DNA of 64,000 bases from Spirochaetota bacterium (GTDB lineage Bacteria; Spirochaetota; UBA4802; UBA5550), in the NCBI GenBank assembly GCA_050298055.1, contig JBNKTL010000003.1, positions 77,186-141,185 of the forward strand, given 5' to 3'. A program made the translations under genes and the position numbers. Below, piece by piece: positions 40,989-49,979 of the stretch (position 1 is its first letter; every line of letters begins with the position of its first letter). The notes below the pieces were generated by a model. That model was given only the letters and a program-made list of their open reading frames with translations, was not told the DNA's origin and ran no database searches.

Positions 40989-43433
40989 TTGAAAAAATTA
41001 TCTAAGAGTATAAAAAATTATAAACTTTTTTCCCCTGTATTAATAATTGCCCTGGTTTTTTTGGTTACCACCAGGTCAAAGGGCGCAATAACATCCATAA
41101 CTTTGACACCGGGAAATCCCACGACCTTATCCAATACACTTGGTTATTATCTTGCGGGCAGACAATATACATTTACTGTAAATGTCAAGGATCCTGCCGC
41201 AACAGCATGGGCAGATATCACAGAGGTACGTCTCAATATACCTAATGGACCGGCAATTGAATTATGGGTGAACCCATCAGGTACAGGAGCTCAGACAATT
41301 AATTATGTGTCAGGAGTAACATCCGATGTATCTGCAAATATCCCAGGTACTGATACTTATAATGATTTTGATGTCCAGTTTACCATAACTGTATTGTGGA
41401 ACATTGCAGAATCCAGTTGGGCAGCATCAAGAGTAATTACAGCACAGGCTGTATCATCAAATACATTAAGTACAACTCAGAATGTTTCCTATGGAGTATG
41501 TTCTTCCATAAGATTTAATAATTTTGCCCAGGATTTAGACGCACTTGATGGTTATGTAAGCCCCTGGCACAATGCCTTTAACGTTACAGGGGCAATTGTT
41601 TATGATGTGCCTGGAGCGACAAATAGTGATAAGGTCTATTTTGTAAATGGAGGTTCGGAACTTACCAGTGTAAGATTATTGCATAATGGAGTTGACACAA
41701 CTGGCATGAGTACTCCTCTTACTGCTGATTCCGCTTTTACGAATGATGCTAACGACGATGTCTCTATTACTGTATCTGCTGCGTTTTTTAATAGCAATAG
41801 CTTAGCATTAAGTACTTTGCCATGGACAGTTCAAGCCTATTTCTCAACAGGAAGTGGATCTGAGGTTTCCAGCAATTCTTTAAATATTACAAATGAAAGG
41901 GTGGAAGTTACATCTGTAAGGTTAATAAATGGCGGCGGTACGGATTTATCTCCTGTGCCACCTCCCGAAGCCAGGGTCTATAACCGGTCAGTTAATGTTT
42001 CAGGTGTGCAACTTCAGGTTTACGCAAGGATGCAGGGCTCTACAGGAACTGTTATTGGGAATACAACTGTTAGAGTAAGGGACATTACTGATACTATTGA
42101 TTATGATGTTGTTATAAACAATGGCACAAATGTTGGGACAGTAAATCTTTCAGCGTTTTCTTATCCAACAACTCCGGCAACTGCTGGAAATACAAATACA
42201 CACACCTATCAGGTTACAAATATTTCAGGAAGTGTAACTGACAGTAATCAAAATGTTTATGCAAGGATCCTTCAACCTGGGAATAATGGAGGATCCGATA
42301 CTATTGTCTATTGGGATAATGCCGACCAGCCCGGTAATAATGGATCATCATTTACAACCTTTCAAGCAACACCATGGTCATCAACTGCAGATTCATTTAC
42401 AATTAATTGGAATGCTATTCCCAACGGTACTACATTTGACGGGGATTTTTATACTTACAGGATATATTATCAATTGCCAAGTACAGTGTGGAATATGTTA
42501 GATGTCAGTACCGGAGGTATCTATACTGCCTTGGGCACTTATACAACAAATACTATTGATATTTCAGGGCTTGCTCCATTAACTGACTACCCTTTTAGAG
42601 TTTCGGCAGTAGATGTTTATGGCAACGAAGTTGTACTGGCTGACATGCTAACTGATACAGCCAGTACAAAACCATCATCACTTACCGTATCAATATCTGA
42701 TGGAATAACCACATATGAAGATTCATCTTTCACAGGAAACCAGCTCGCTACAGCAAGACCAGTAAGAAAATCATCAATAAAAGTAACTCTTTACCTCGTA
42801 ACTGGAGGAAATGAACCTGATGAGATCAACCTGATTATTGGTGACAATTCTCTTGAACCAGCAACTATTCTGGGTAGTACATATTATACAATACCCAGTA
42901 CAAAAAAATCATCAAATACATGGGTTGCATATATACCCAGCACACATACACTTATGTCTTTAAATGAATCTATAAGGTTTATCGTGGAAACAAAATATCA
43001 AGGAACAAGTACTTATGTTGATCATGATGCAGACTATAATCCTGCAGAGCAGTTGCCTGCAGGTGAAGATTATAATAACTGGGAATATACTTTTACTATT
43101 TCAAAACCAACCACCTTCTCCCCCTGGCCCACACGCATTCTGAACAACGTCATCACGGACAAAAACCCCGTGGCCTACCCGGCATACTACCTCACCGAGG
43201 ACGCCAATGTGACAATAAGGGTCTATGACATAAAGGGAAGGCCGGTTGTGACCCTGCTGGACAATGCCTTCAGGCGGAGCGGCCAGAACATCAAGGAGAA
43301 CGGCTGGCGGGGGATCAACAAATCAAGCAGGATGCTGGGACCCGGTCTCTATTATATGCATTTCAGGGCCAAAAGTTCTTCCAGCGGGAAGGTCATACTC
43401 AACAAGTTCAAAAAGGTGGTCATCGCGAAGTAA
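40989..43433 (+). CDS. Large secreted protein with a C-terminal T9SS-type sorting domain (Por secretion CTD-like); it begins with a TTG start.
   Basis: Signal peptide present. Thr/Ser/Asn-rich beta-type repeats with an FN3-like region. The C-terminal 80 aa (VTIRVYDIKGRPVVTLLDN...GPGLYYMHFRAKSSSSGKVILNKFKKVV) resemble the T9SS CTD (TIGR04183-like). Confidence 0.65.
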   Translation: MKKLSKSIKNYKLFSPVLIIALVFLVTTRSKGAITSITLTPGNPTTLSNTLGYYLAGRQYTFTVNVKDPAATAWADITEVRLNIPNGPAIELWVNPSGTGAQTINYVSGVTSDVSANIPGTDTYNDFDVQFTITVLWNIAESSWAASRVITAQAVSSNTLSTTQNVSYGVCSSIRFNNFAQDLDALDGYVSPWHNAFNVTGAIVYDVPGATNSDKVYFVNGGSELTSVRLLHNGVDTTGMSTPLTADSAFTNDANDDVSITVSAAFFNSNSLALSTLPWTVQAYFSTGSGSEVSSNSLNITNERVEVTSVRLINGGGTDLSPVPPPEARVYNRSVNVSGVQLQVYARMQGSTGTVIGNTTVRVRDITDTIDYDVVINNGTNVGTVNLSAFSYPTTPATAGNTNTHTYQVTNISGSVTDSNQNVYARILQPGNNGGSDTIVYWDNADQPGNNGSSFTTFQATPWSSTADSFTINWNAIPNGTTFDGDFYTYRIYYQLPSTVWNMLDVSTGGIYTALGTYTTNTIDISGLAPLTDYPFRVSAVDVYGNEVVLADMLTDTASTKPSSLTVSISDGITTYEDSSFTGNQLATARPVRKSSIKVTLYLVTGGNEPDEINLIIGDNSLEPATILGSTYYTIPSTKKSSNTWVAYIPSTHTLMSLNESIRFIVETKYQGTSTYVDHDADYNPAEQLPAGEDYNNWEYTFTISKPTTFSPWPTRILNNVITDKNPVAYPAYYLTEDANVTIRVYDIKGRPVVTLLDNAFRRSGQNIKENGWRGINKSSRMLGPGLYYMHFRAKSSSSGKVILNKFKKVVIAK

Positions 43434-43434
43434 A

Positions 43435-44439
43435 CTACAGCCACTCCACCTCTGTCCCATTAAAAAGCTCTATCCTCTCCTTCAATCCCTTTGAGATAAA
43501 GAGATTCATATCCATGTCCATAAGAATAACCAGTATCCCCTTCTCTCTTTTCAAAAACTCCCGGGTCTTCTCAAGCCCCATGACGAAGATTGAAGTTGCA
43601 TATGCGTCGGAGAGGACAGGGTCCTTTGAGATCACCGATACCGAGGCGAAAGTCTCTGTGGGTTCTCCCGTCCGGGGATCGATGATGTGGTGGTACTTCC
43701 TGTTTTTGTACTCAACCATCCGCTCGTAGTCCCCGCTGGTGGCGATGGCGTCCATGTCATCAAGCTTAATGGAGAGGAGCAGGTCCCTCTTTCGCGGGTT
43801 CATGAGGCCGGTGGTCCACTTCTTTCCGAACTTTGTTCCGAAGACCTGGAGGTCACCCCCGGCGTCCACGATCCCGGCCCGGACCCCCGTTTTTTTCAGG
43901 GTCTCCAGGGCCCTCCTGATGGTGTATCCCTTGGCGATCCCTCCCAGGCCGATCTTCATTCCCGGTTCTCGGAAAGCCACACCGGGACGTTTTTCATCAA
44001 GGATGATGTTCCTGTAATTGACCAGGGGAAGGTTTTTCCGTACGATCTCTTTGGAGGGAGGGGTAAAATCTGTTTTCCGGTAGTCCCAGAGGCGGGCTAT
44101 TGACTTGAAGGTGATATCAAATGCCCCGGAAGTTTTGTCTGATATTTCAACGGCCTTTTGGATCATGAGGAAGGTCTCCCTGTTCACGGTGACCATCTTC
44201 GTCCCGCTCCTGTTGATCACCGATATGTCGCTCTCCTTTTTATAGGAGCTCATCATCCTGTCGATCCTCTCGATCTCACCGAAGGCAGCGTCCGCCGCCG
44301 CCGGGGCGTTCTTCCCGTCGGTAATAAGGGAAAGATTGACAATTGTTCCCATAATGGGCCGTTTTACCCTGTAGACCTCCTGGCTGCAGGATACATGAAA
44401 AGCGGAAGCAAGTATTAATATCAGGCATAATCTTTTCAT
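43435..44439 (-). CDS. apbE: FAD:protein FMN transferase ApbE (lipoprotein).
   Basis: Signal and lipobox (ILASAFHVSCS). ApbE motifs: MGTIVNLSL, GLGGIAKGY, DAGGDLQVFG. Confidence 0.8.
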   Translation of the reverse strand: MKRLCLILILASAFHVSCSQEVYRVKRPIMGTIVNLSLITDGKNAPAAADAAFGEIERIDRMMSSYKKESDISVINRSGTKMVTVNRETFLMIQKAVEISDKTSGAFDITFKSIARLWDYRKTDFTPPSKEIVRKNLPLVNYRNIILDEKRPGVAFREPGMKIGLGGIAKGYTIRRALETLKKTGVRAGIVDAGGDLQVFGTKFGKKWTTGLMNPRKRDLLLSIKLDDMDAIATSGDYERMVEYKNRKYHHIIDPRTGEPTETFASVSVISKDPVLSDAYATSIFVMGLEKTREFLKREKGILVILMDMDMNLFISKGLKERIELFNGTEVEWL

Positions 44440-45128
44440 CTGTTCCTCTCCTCAACCTCTTTTACTGCCCGGGGGATCATGTTGAATTTATTCACGATCC
44501 AACGGGACCCGGCGATCTCCCCGTCCCCCCCGTGGCCGAAAGCGCAGCCGATAAAGGGGACGCCGTTGTCCGAGGCGGCTTTCCTGTCGGTAAATCTATC
44601 CCCGATCATGATCAGCAGGTCATTCCCGGGCAAGGCGTCTTTATAATATCCGACTATCCCGCTCTTGTCCTTTATGTTTCCGTTGATATACGTCATGGGC
44701 CCTGAGAAAAACTTCATGAGGCCGTGAGTTTCAAGGATCGCCTCGATATACTCGCGCCTTCCGTTTGACGCGGTGAGCAGGATGTATCCTTCACCATGAA
44801 GGGCTTCCATTGTGGAATAGACATCTTCAAATATCCGGCCGCCGCCCTTTCTTATCATTGAGACGAAACTCTCCGTACACAGGTCATTGAGAATATTCGC
44901 CTCATCTTCGCCCAGCATGGGGAAGAGGGTCCTGAATATCTCATCCACGGGAATCCCCAGGACATTGACGATATCATCGTACTCCGGAAGTTTTACATCT
45001 TCCCCCTTCTCCTTTATGAAGCGGGATATTCCCTCACGAAAGGCGTCCACGATTATTTCAGTGGAATCGTAGATGGTCCCGTCAATATCAAAGGCCAGGC
45101 AGGTTTTTCTGTTCGCATTGTTGTCCAT
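44436..45128 (-). CDS. HAD-superfamily hydrolase (phosphatase).
   Basis: Motif I DxDGT (LAFDIDGTIYDS), motif II (LLTASNG) and motif IV (IGDRFTD). It overlaps apbE by 4 nt, which suggests an operon. Confidence 0.75.
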   Translation of the reverse strand: MDNNANRKTCLAFDIDGTIYDSTEIIVDAFREGISRFIKEKGEDVKLPEYDDIVNVLGIPVDEIFRTLFPMLGEDEANILNDLCTESFVSMIRKGGGRIFEDVYSTMEALHGEGYILLTASNGRREYIEAILETHGLMKFFSGPMTYINGNIKDKSGIVGYYKDALPGNDLLIMIGDRFTDRKAASDNGVPFIGCAFGHGGDGEIAGSRWIVNKFNMIPRAVKEVEERNR

Positions 45129-45280
45129 ATCTTTTTACTCAGAGTTCTTCATGAGGGGTTTGTGTCAAGGATAATTAGCTGACTTGAAAAGATCAAAATT
45201 TGAAAAAAGTTTTTAGATTCAGGCGATCCCAATAGTATTAATCTACGCGGAAAAAAATCTATGAGAAGGAGATATATTAA

Positions 45281-45766
45281 ATGAGAACAACAGCTTATAT
45301 GAAAGTAATCTATTTTGAGAAAATAGTCAGTGCTTTGGAGGTCCTTGGTGTTTCCAGAGATGAGCTGCTTTTAATTCTTTTTGAGAGAATCGCGAAAAAG
45401 GCGGTTTTTAAGGCCAAAACATTTGAAACGGTAAGCTATCAGGAGAGTTCTTATGACAGTATGTGGATAACTATGCATATCAGGTTTGATCCTGTGATCT
45501 ATGAAAAGGCCCAGGACATGAGAAGGAACTATAAGTTTTCTGTTTCATGGCTTCTTGCTTATGGGATTATACATTTCCTTGATGAGATAATCAGTGAGAT
45601 GACCGGTTCTGAAGATTCTGGAAGAGAAACGGATAACTCTGATGAGAATTATTTTACATTTTCTGATATTTTTGGTGATGTGAGAAGTTTTATGAGTTTT
45701 TGGGGTGTTCCTGAAGATGAACATCTTAAGAAATTTATTTTTAATAATCCAAAAATGAAAAGATAG
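45281..45766 (+). CDS. Hypothetical protein; paralog of the ORF at 9866..10321.
   Basis: Shares conserved blocks with 9866..10321. Both copies also have the motif CAAT(C/A)GTATTAATCT about 40 bp upstream of the start codon. Confidence 0.6.
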   Translation: MRTTAYMKVIYFEKIVSALEVLGVSRDELLLILFERIAKKAVFKAKTFETVSYQESSYDSMWITMHIRFDPVIYEKAQDMRRNYKFSVSWLLAYGIIHFLDEIISEMTGSEDSGRETDNSDENYFTFSDIFGDVRSFMSFWGVPEDEHLKKFIFNNPKMKR

Positions 45767-45842
45767 TTATCCACCATTTACTTCTTGACTGGGTCCTATT
45801 CAGTTATTTATTAGACTGAAAACGGAACCCTGACAGGAAAAA

Positions 45843-46754
45843 ATGGATCTCTCAGTAAAAATCGGCACCCTTGAACTGAAAAACCCGGTCACAGTGGCAT
45901 CGGGCACGGCAGGCTATGGAGAAGAACTCTCTGAATTCATCGACCTGTCTCTTCTCGGGGGAATTTTTACAAAAGGACTGTCTCTGAAACCGAGACAGGG
46001 CAATAAAGGGAACAGGGTGCTGGAGACCCCCTCCGGGATGCTCAACTCAATAGGCCTGGAAAATGTGGGCCTCGATAAATTCATTGAAGAGAAACTTCCC
46101 TTTCTCCTGGACCGGAAAGCCACGGTTATCCCCAACGTGGCGGGACACTCAGTGGAAGAGAATGTGGAACTCTGCCGGGTTCTTTCGGAAACGGAAGGGA
46201 TAAGCGCACTTGAACTCAATGTTTCCTGCCCCAATGTCAAAGAGGGGGGGATGGCCTTCGGGACAAACCTGGAAACATTTACCGGCCTCGTGGAAAAGAC
46301 CCGGAAGGTCACCCGCTGTCCCCTCATTATTAAACTCTCTCCCAACGTAACGGACATTGCCCCATTCGCGGTCAGGGCGGAAGATATTGGGGTTGACGCC
46401 CTCTCCGCGGTCAATACCTTTCTCGGGATGAAGATAGACACCGGTAAAAAGAGGCCGTATTTCAACAACCTTGTGGCTGGCCTCAGCGGACCGGCAATAA
46501 GGCCCCTTGCGGTAAGGGTCGTTTACCAGGTCTGTTCCCGTGTAAAAATACCTGTCATCGGCATGGGGGGAATATCATCTCTGGATGACATGCTTGAATT
46601 TATCATGGCGGGGGCCGCAGCTATATCCATTGGGACCATAAACCTTGTGAATCCGGGCCGTTCGGCATGGCTCACCGGGGAACTGGAAAAATATATGAAA
46701 AAAGAAGGCATTGAGCGTTTATCGGATATCAGGGGAATCGCGCAGAGACAATAA
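45843..46754 (+). CDS. pyrD: Dihydroorotate dehydrogenase, class 1 catalytic subunit.
   Basis: Motifs LKNPVTVASGTAGYG, NVSCPN, the FMN-binding region GGISS and the characteristic class-1 PyrD length of 303 aa. Confidence 0.8.
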   Translation: MDLSVKIGTLELKNPVTVASGTAGYGEELSEFIDLSLLGGIFTKGLSLKPRQGNKGNRVLETPSGMLNSIGLENVGLDKFIEEKLPFLLDRKATVIPNVAGHSVEENVELCRVLSETEGISALELNVSCPNVKEGGMAFGTNLETFTGLVEKTRKVTRCPLIIKLSPNVTDIAPFAVRAEDIGVDALSAVNTFLGMKIDTGKKRPYFNNLVAGLSGPAIRPLAVRVVYQVCSRVKIPVIGMGGISSLDDMLEFIMAGAAAISIGTINLVNPGRSAWLTGELEKYMKKEGIERLSDIRGIAQRQ

Positions 46755-46767
46755 ACCGGAGAGAGAG

Positions 46768-47820
46768 ATGAAGTACTGGAACAGCATTTTAAAAAATATG
46801 ACGGAATATTTACCCGGTGAGCAGCCGGAAGATATTGATGAGTATATAAAACTTAACACCAATGAAAATCCCTTCCCGCCGCCCCCCTCTGTCCTTGAAG
46901 CCATAAAGAACGCCTGCACGGAGAGGCTCCGCCGGTACCCCGACTCGCGGGCAGAAGTGCTCAGGAAGATGTTTGCCTCCCAGAACGGTCTCTCGTCCGA
47001 GAATATTTTTATCGGTAACGGCTCAGATGAGATATTTACCCTGATCTTCAGGGCATTCATTGAGAGAGGGGGAACGGTGGCATTGCCCTATCCCTCATAC
47101 CCACTTTATGATGTGCTCGCGGAAGCCAACGGGGTTAAATATGAAAAGATCAACCTTGAAAAAGACTTCAGCTATAATCTCAAGTCTTTTCTCCGGAAAA
47201 AATATGACCTGGTCATTATCTGCAACCCGAACAATCCCACCGGAACATATTGCGAAGTTGATGAAATAAGGGAGTTTCTCACCAGTTACAGGGGACTCTG
47301 TGTGGTTGATGAAGCATATATTGATTTCTACAGCGGCTCGGCTCTTTCACTGGTAAATACCTTTGATAACATTATTGTCACACGGTCCTTTTCAAAATCC
47401 TACTCCCTGGCGGGGCTGCGGATCGGTCTCGCGGCGGCGGAGAAAAGCATTATCGAAGGATTCCTCAAGATAAAAGACTCATATAATGTTGATATTCTGG
47501 CAATTGAGGGAGCGAAAGCCGCTCTTACCGACTGGAAAGGGATAAAATATAACCTTGAGATGGTAAAAAACAATAAGGAATACCTGGAAGAATACCTGGT
47601 GGGAACCGGTTTCGAAATAATACCGTCCCGGGCAAATTTTATTTTTGTCCGTCACCCCGCCGTAAGTTCAGAAGAAATTTACACAAAGCTTAAAAAAAAG
47701 AAGATCCTGGTAAGATACTTTTCCGGGAACATCAGGTCTGAATATATTAGAATAAGTATTGGTACAATGATGGAGATAAAGGCACTCTGCGGTGAACTGG
47801 AAGCTATAGTTGGAGCTTGA
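46768..47820 (+). CDS. hisC: Histidinol-phosphate aminotransferase.
   Basis: Signature LNTNENPFPPP, the PLP-lysine region FSKSYSLAGLRIG, and a class-II aminotransferase fold. The start is placed at MKYWNS. Confidence 0.85.
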   Translation: MKYWNSILKNMTEYLPGEQPEDIDEYIKLNTNENPFPPPPSVLEAIKNACTERLRRYPDSRAEVLRKMFASQNGLSSENIFIGNGSDEIFTLIFRAFIERGGTVALPYPSYPLYDVLAEANGVKYEKINLEKDFSYNLKSFLRKKYDLVIICNPNNPTGTYCEVDEIREFLTSYRGLCVVDEAYIDFYSGSALSLVNTFDNIIVTRSFSKSYSLAGLRIGLAAAEKSIIEGFLKIKDSYNVDILAIEGAKAALTDWKGIKYNLEMVKNNKEYLEEYLVGTGFEIIPSRANFIFVRHPAVSSEEIYTKLKKKKILVRYFSGNIRSEYIRISIGTMMEIKALCGELEAIVGA

Positions 47821-48451
47821 TAATTTTGCCGTAGGTATCGGTTATGGTGCTTTTCTGGATGAGCTCATCAATGGTGAGGTTTCGTTTTTCAAACCTGATA
47901 ATATCATCCTCATTGATCCAGATATTGACCTGTTCGGCCCTTGAATAAGACCTCCATTTAAACCCGATGACCATCCCCACAATCTCTTTCTCCTCAAAGA
48001 TGCTCCGGCATGAATTCACCGTGTCACTGATCTCCCGGATATTCTTTTTCAGCAGTTCAACTGCCACCCGCCCGTATGGATTATCGTCTGTTATCCCGGT
48101 ATCAACATCAAGCCCGAGATAGAGCTTATCCTTTTGCTGGGACTTTCTATCAAAATAAAATCCTATGCTTCCCCTGACGATCTTCAGCTTCTTATTATCA
48201 ACAATATCCACTGCCACTCCAATAAGCAGCTTGTAATATTTTTCCTGGTAGAGCGCTCCGTTGGTGGTATATTTTTTTATATCAACAATAAGGTCTTTAT
48301 ATTTATTGTCCTGCTCCTTACTGTACTGTTTCAGTATCTTCTCTTCTCTCTTTTTATCAGGTTTCCCGCTACCGGTTTTTACTGATTTTGAACCGCAGGT
48401 TGAGAAAAAGAGGATGGTGAGTATTGTGACAGTTATCGATGTATTTCTCAT
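47804..48451 (-). CDS. Hypothetical lipoprotein.
   Basis: Signal and lipobox (ITVTILTILFFSTCGSKS) when started at MRNTS (48451). The longer provided ORF from 48625 adds an unlikely N-terminal extension. It overlaps the hisC 3' end by 17 nt. Confidence 0.5.
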   Translation of the reverse strand: MRNTSITVTILTILFFSTCGSKSVKTGSGKPDKKREEKILKQYSKEQDNKYKDLIVDIKKYTTNGALYQEKYYKLLIGVAVDIVDNKKLKIVRGSIGFYFDRKSQQKDKLYLGLDVDTGITDDNPYGRVAVELLKKNIREISDTVNSCRSIFEEKEIVGMVIGFKWRSYSRAEQVNIWINEDDIIRFEKRNLTIDELIQKSTITDTYGKIIKLQL

Positions 48452-48590
48452 AGGTCTGTTGTCGTTCCTGTTTTTTCTATTTACAGGAATGAGCATGGTT
48501 ATGTCAAGATAAAATGTTGGAGATGCTCTTTTCCCCAGACGATACCTGACTCTTTGACTTTGTAAATACAAAACAGAAGTAAAATATATC

Positions 48591-49886
48591 TTGACGAAAA
48601 CCGGTCTGATGCCAAAAAAAAGCATGCTTTCAGATAATAAAAAAACAAACAGATTTCTATTTCTTCTGCTGCTTTCCGCATACCTGTTCCTTACAGAATG
48701 TACTTCTTCCGGCGGTTATTATCATCTTAACAGAAATAATCACAGGGTTAAGACCGGTCTTGAAGTCTTCATAAAAGATCACGCATACAGGTACAGGGGT
48801 GTGAAGACAATACTTGTCACAAATCACTCGGGAGTGAATTTCACCCTGAGACAGAACATAGGCCTGTTAAGGGAAAAAGGAATACCAATTGTACTGGTTC
48901 TGGCACCGGAACACGGTCTGCACGGATACCAGAACCAGTTTGACGAAAATCTTTACATTGAGAAGAAAAAACAGAACCTCCTGGTCTACAACCTTCATAA
49001 ACTCAGTGACAATTCATTAAAACTGCTCTTAAAAAGCGCCGGCCTTGTGCTCTTCGACATACAGGACATGGGGATGAGGTGTTATACCTATATATCAAAC
49101 CTTAAGCATATAATGGACACTCTTAAAGGGACTAAAACCGAACTCCTTGTGCTGGACAGACCCAACCCCATATCATTTCTGGGAGTAGACGGTCCGTATC
49201 TAAACAGTAAGTTTAAAACGAAATTTATCAGCTCCTTTCCCGCGCCGTTTATCTATGATATGACAATTGGTGAAGCGGCAAATTACTACAGACACGAATA
49301 CGCGCGAAGTGTAAAGCTGGAGATAATCAAGATGGCCAACTATGACAGGGACATGCTCTACAGCGAAACGGGGCTCCCCTGGGTTCCCCCCTCACCCAAT
49401 CTTCCCACATATGAGTCCTCGATAATATATGCGGCAGTGGTCCTTATGGAGGGGATCAACATATCACTGGGAAGGGGGACAACCAAACCCTTTGAATTTA
49501 TCGGGGCCCCCTGGATAGAGCCCTCCTCGTTCTTAAAAAAGATCAGGAACCTCGGGTTAAAAAACTTCAGGTTCAGGCCCATATATTTCAAGCCGACATT
49601 CAACCATTATGAGGGAGAAAAGTGCGGAGGAGTCCAGATATTCTATACCGGGGGAAAATTCAGCCCCACGGAATTTTCATACAGGGTGATTCAACTTTTA
49701 ATGAAGGAATATAAAAACGTCGCCTGGCGTGCACACAGTGGATTTTACAGCGTAGACCATCTTGCAGGCACCGACCTTTTCAGAAAATCCATTAGCAGAG
49801 GCCTGACATATGAGAGTTTTTATAAAAGGTTAGTCAAAGATCTGGAGAAATATAAAGGAAAGAGAGAGGACTATTTATTGTATTAA
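48591..49886 (+). CDS. DUF1343-family protein (NamZ/YbbC-like exo-beta-N-acetylmuramidase family).
   Basis: N-terminal signal. Conserved DUF1343 blocks: KTILVTNHSGVNF, LVLAPEHGLHGY, and a PNPISFLGVD-type region. Confidence 0.7.
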   Translation: MTKTGLMPKKSMLSDNKKTNRFLFLLLLSAYLFLTECTSSGGYYHLNRNNHRVKTGLEVFIKDHAYRYRGVKTILVTNHSGVNFTLRQNIGLLREKGIPIVLVLAPEHGLHGYQNQFDENLYIEKKKQNLLVYNLHKLSDNSLKLLLKSAGLVLFDIQDMGMRCYTYISNLKHIMDTLKGTKTELLVLDRPNPISFLGVDGPYLNSKFKTKFISSFPAPFIYDMTIGEAANYYRHEYARSVKLEIIKMANYDRDMLYSETGLPWVPPSPNLPTYESSIIYAAVVLMEGINISLGRGTTKPFEFIGAPWIEPSSFLKKIRNLGLKNFRFRPIYFKPTFNHYEGEKCGGVQIFYTGGKFSPTEFSYRVIQLLMKEYKNVAWRAHSGFYSVDHLAGTDLFRKSISRGLTYESFYKRLVKDLEKYKGKREDYLLY

Positions 49887-49960
49887 GACTCCCTCCCCCC
49901 GTCCCCCGGAGGGGGCGCAAGATATTTTTCCAACACTCTTATGCCCCCTTTGGGGGTTAG
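49887..49960. terminator. GC-rich palindromic segment between convergent genes, a putative bidirectional terminator.
   Basis: ctccctccccccgtcccccggagggggcg followed by a T-run, then ccccctttggggg. It sits between the stops of a + gene and a - gene. Confidence 0.35.
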
Positions 49961-49979
49961 GGGGTCTTAGCTTCCTGGA

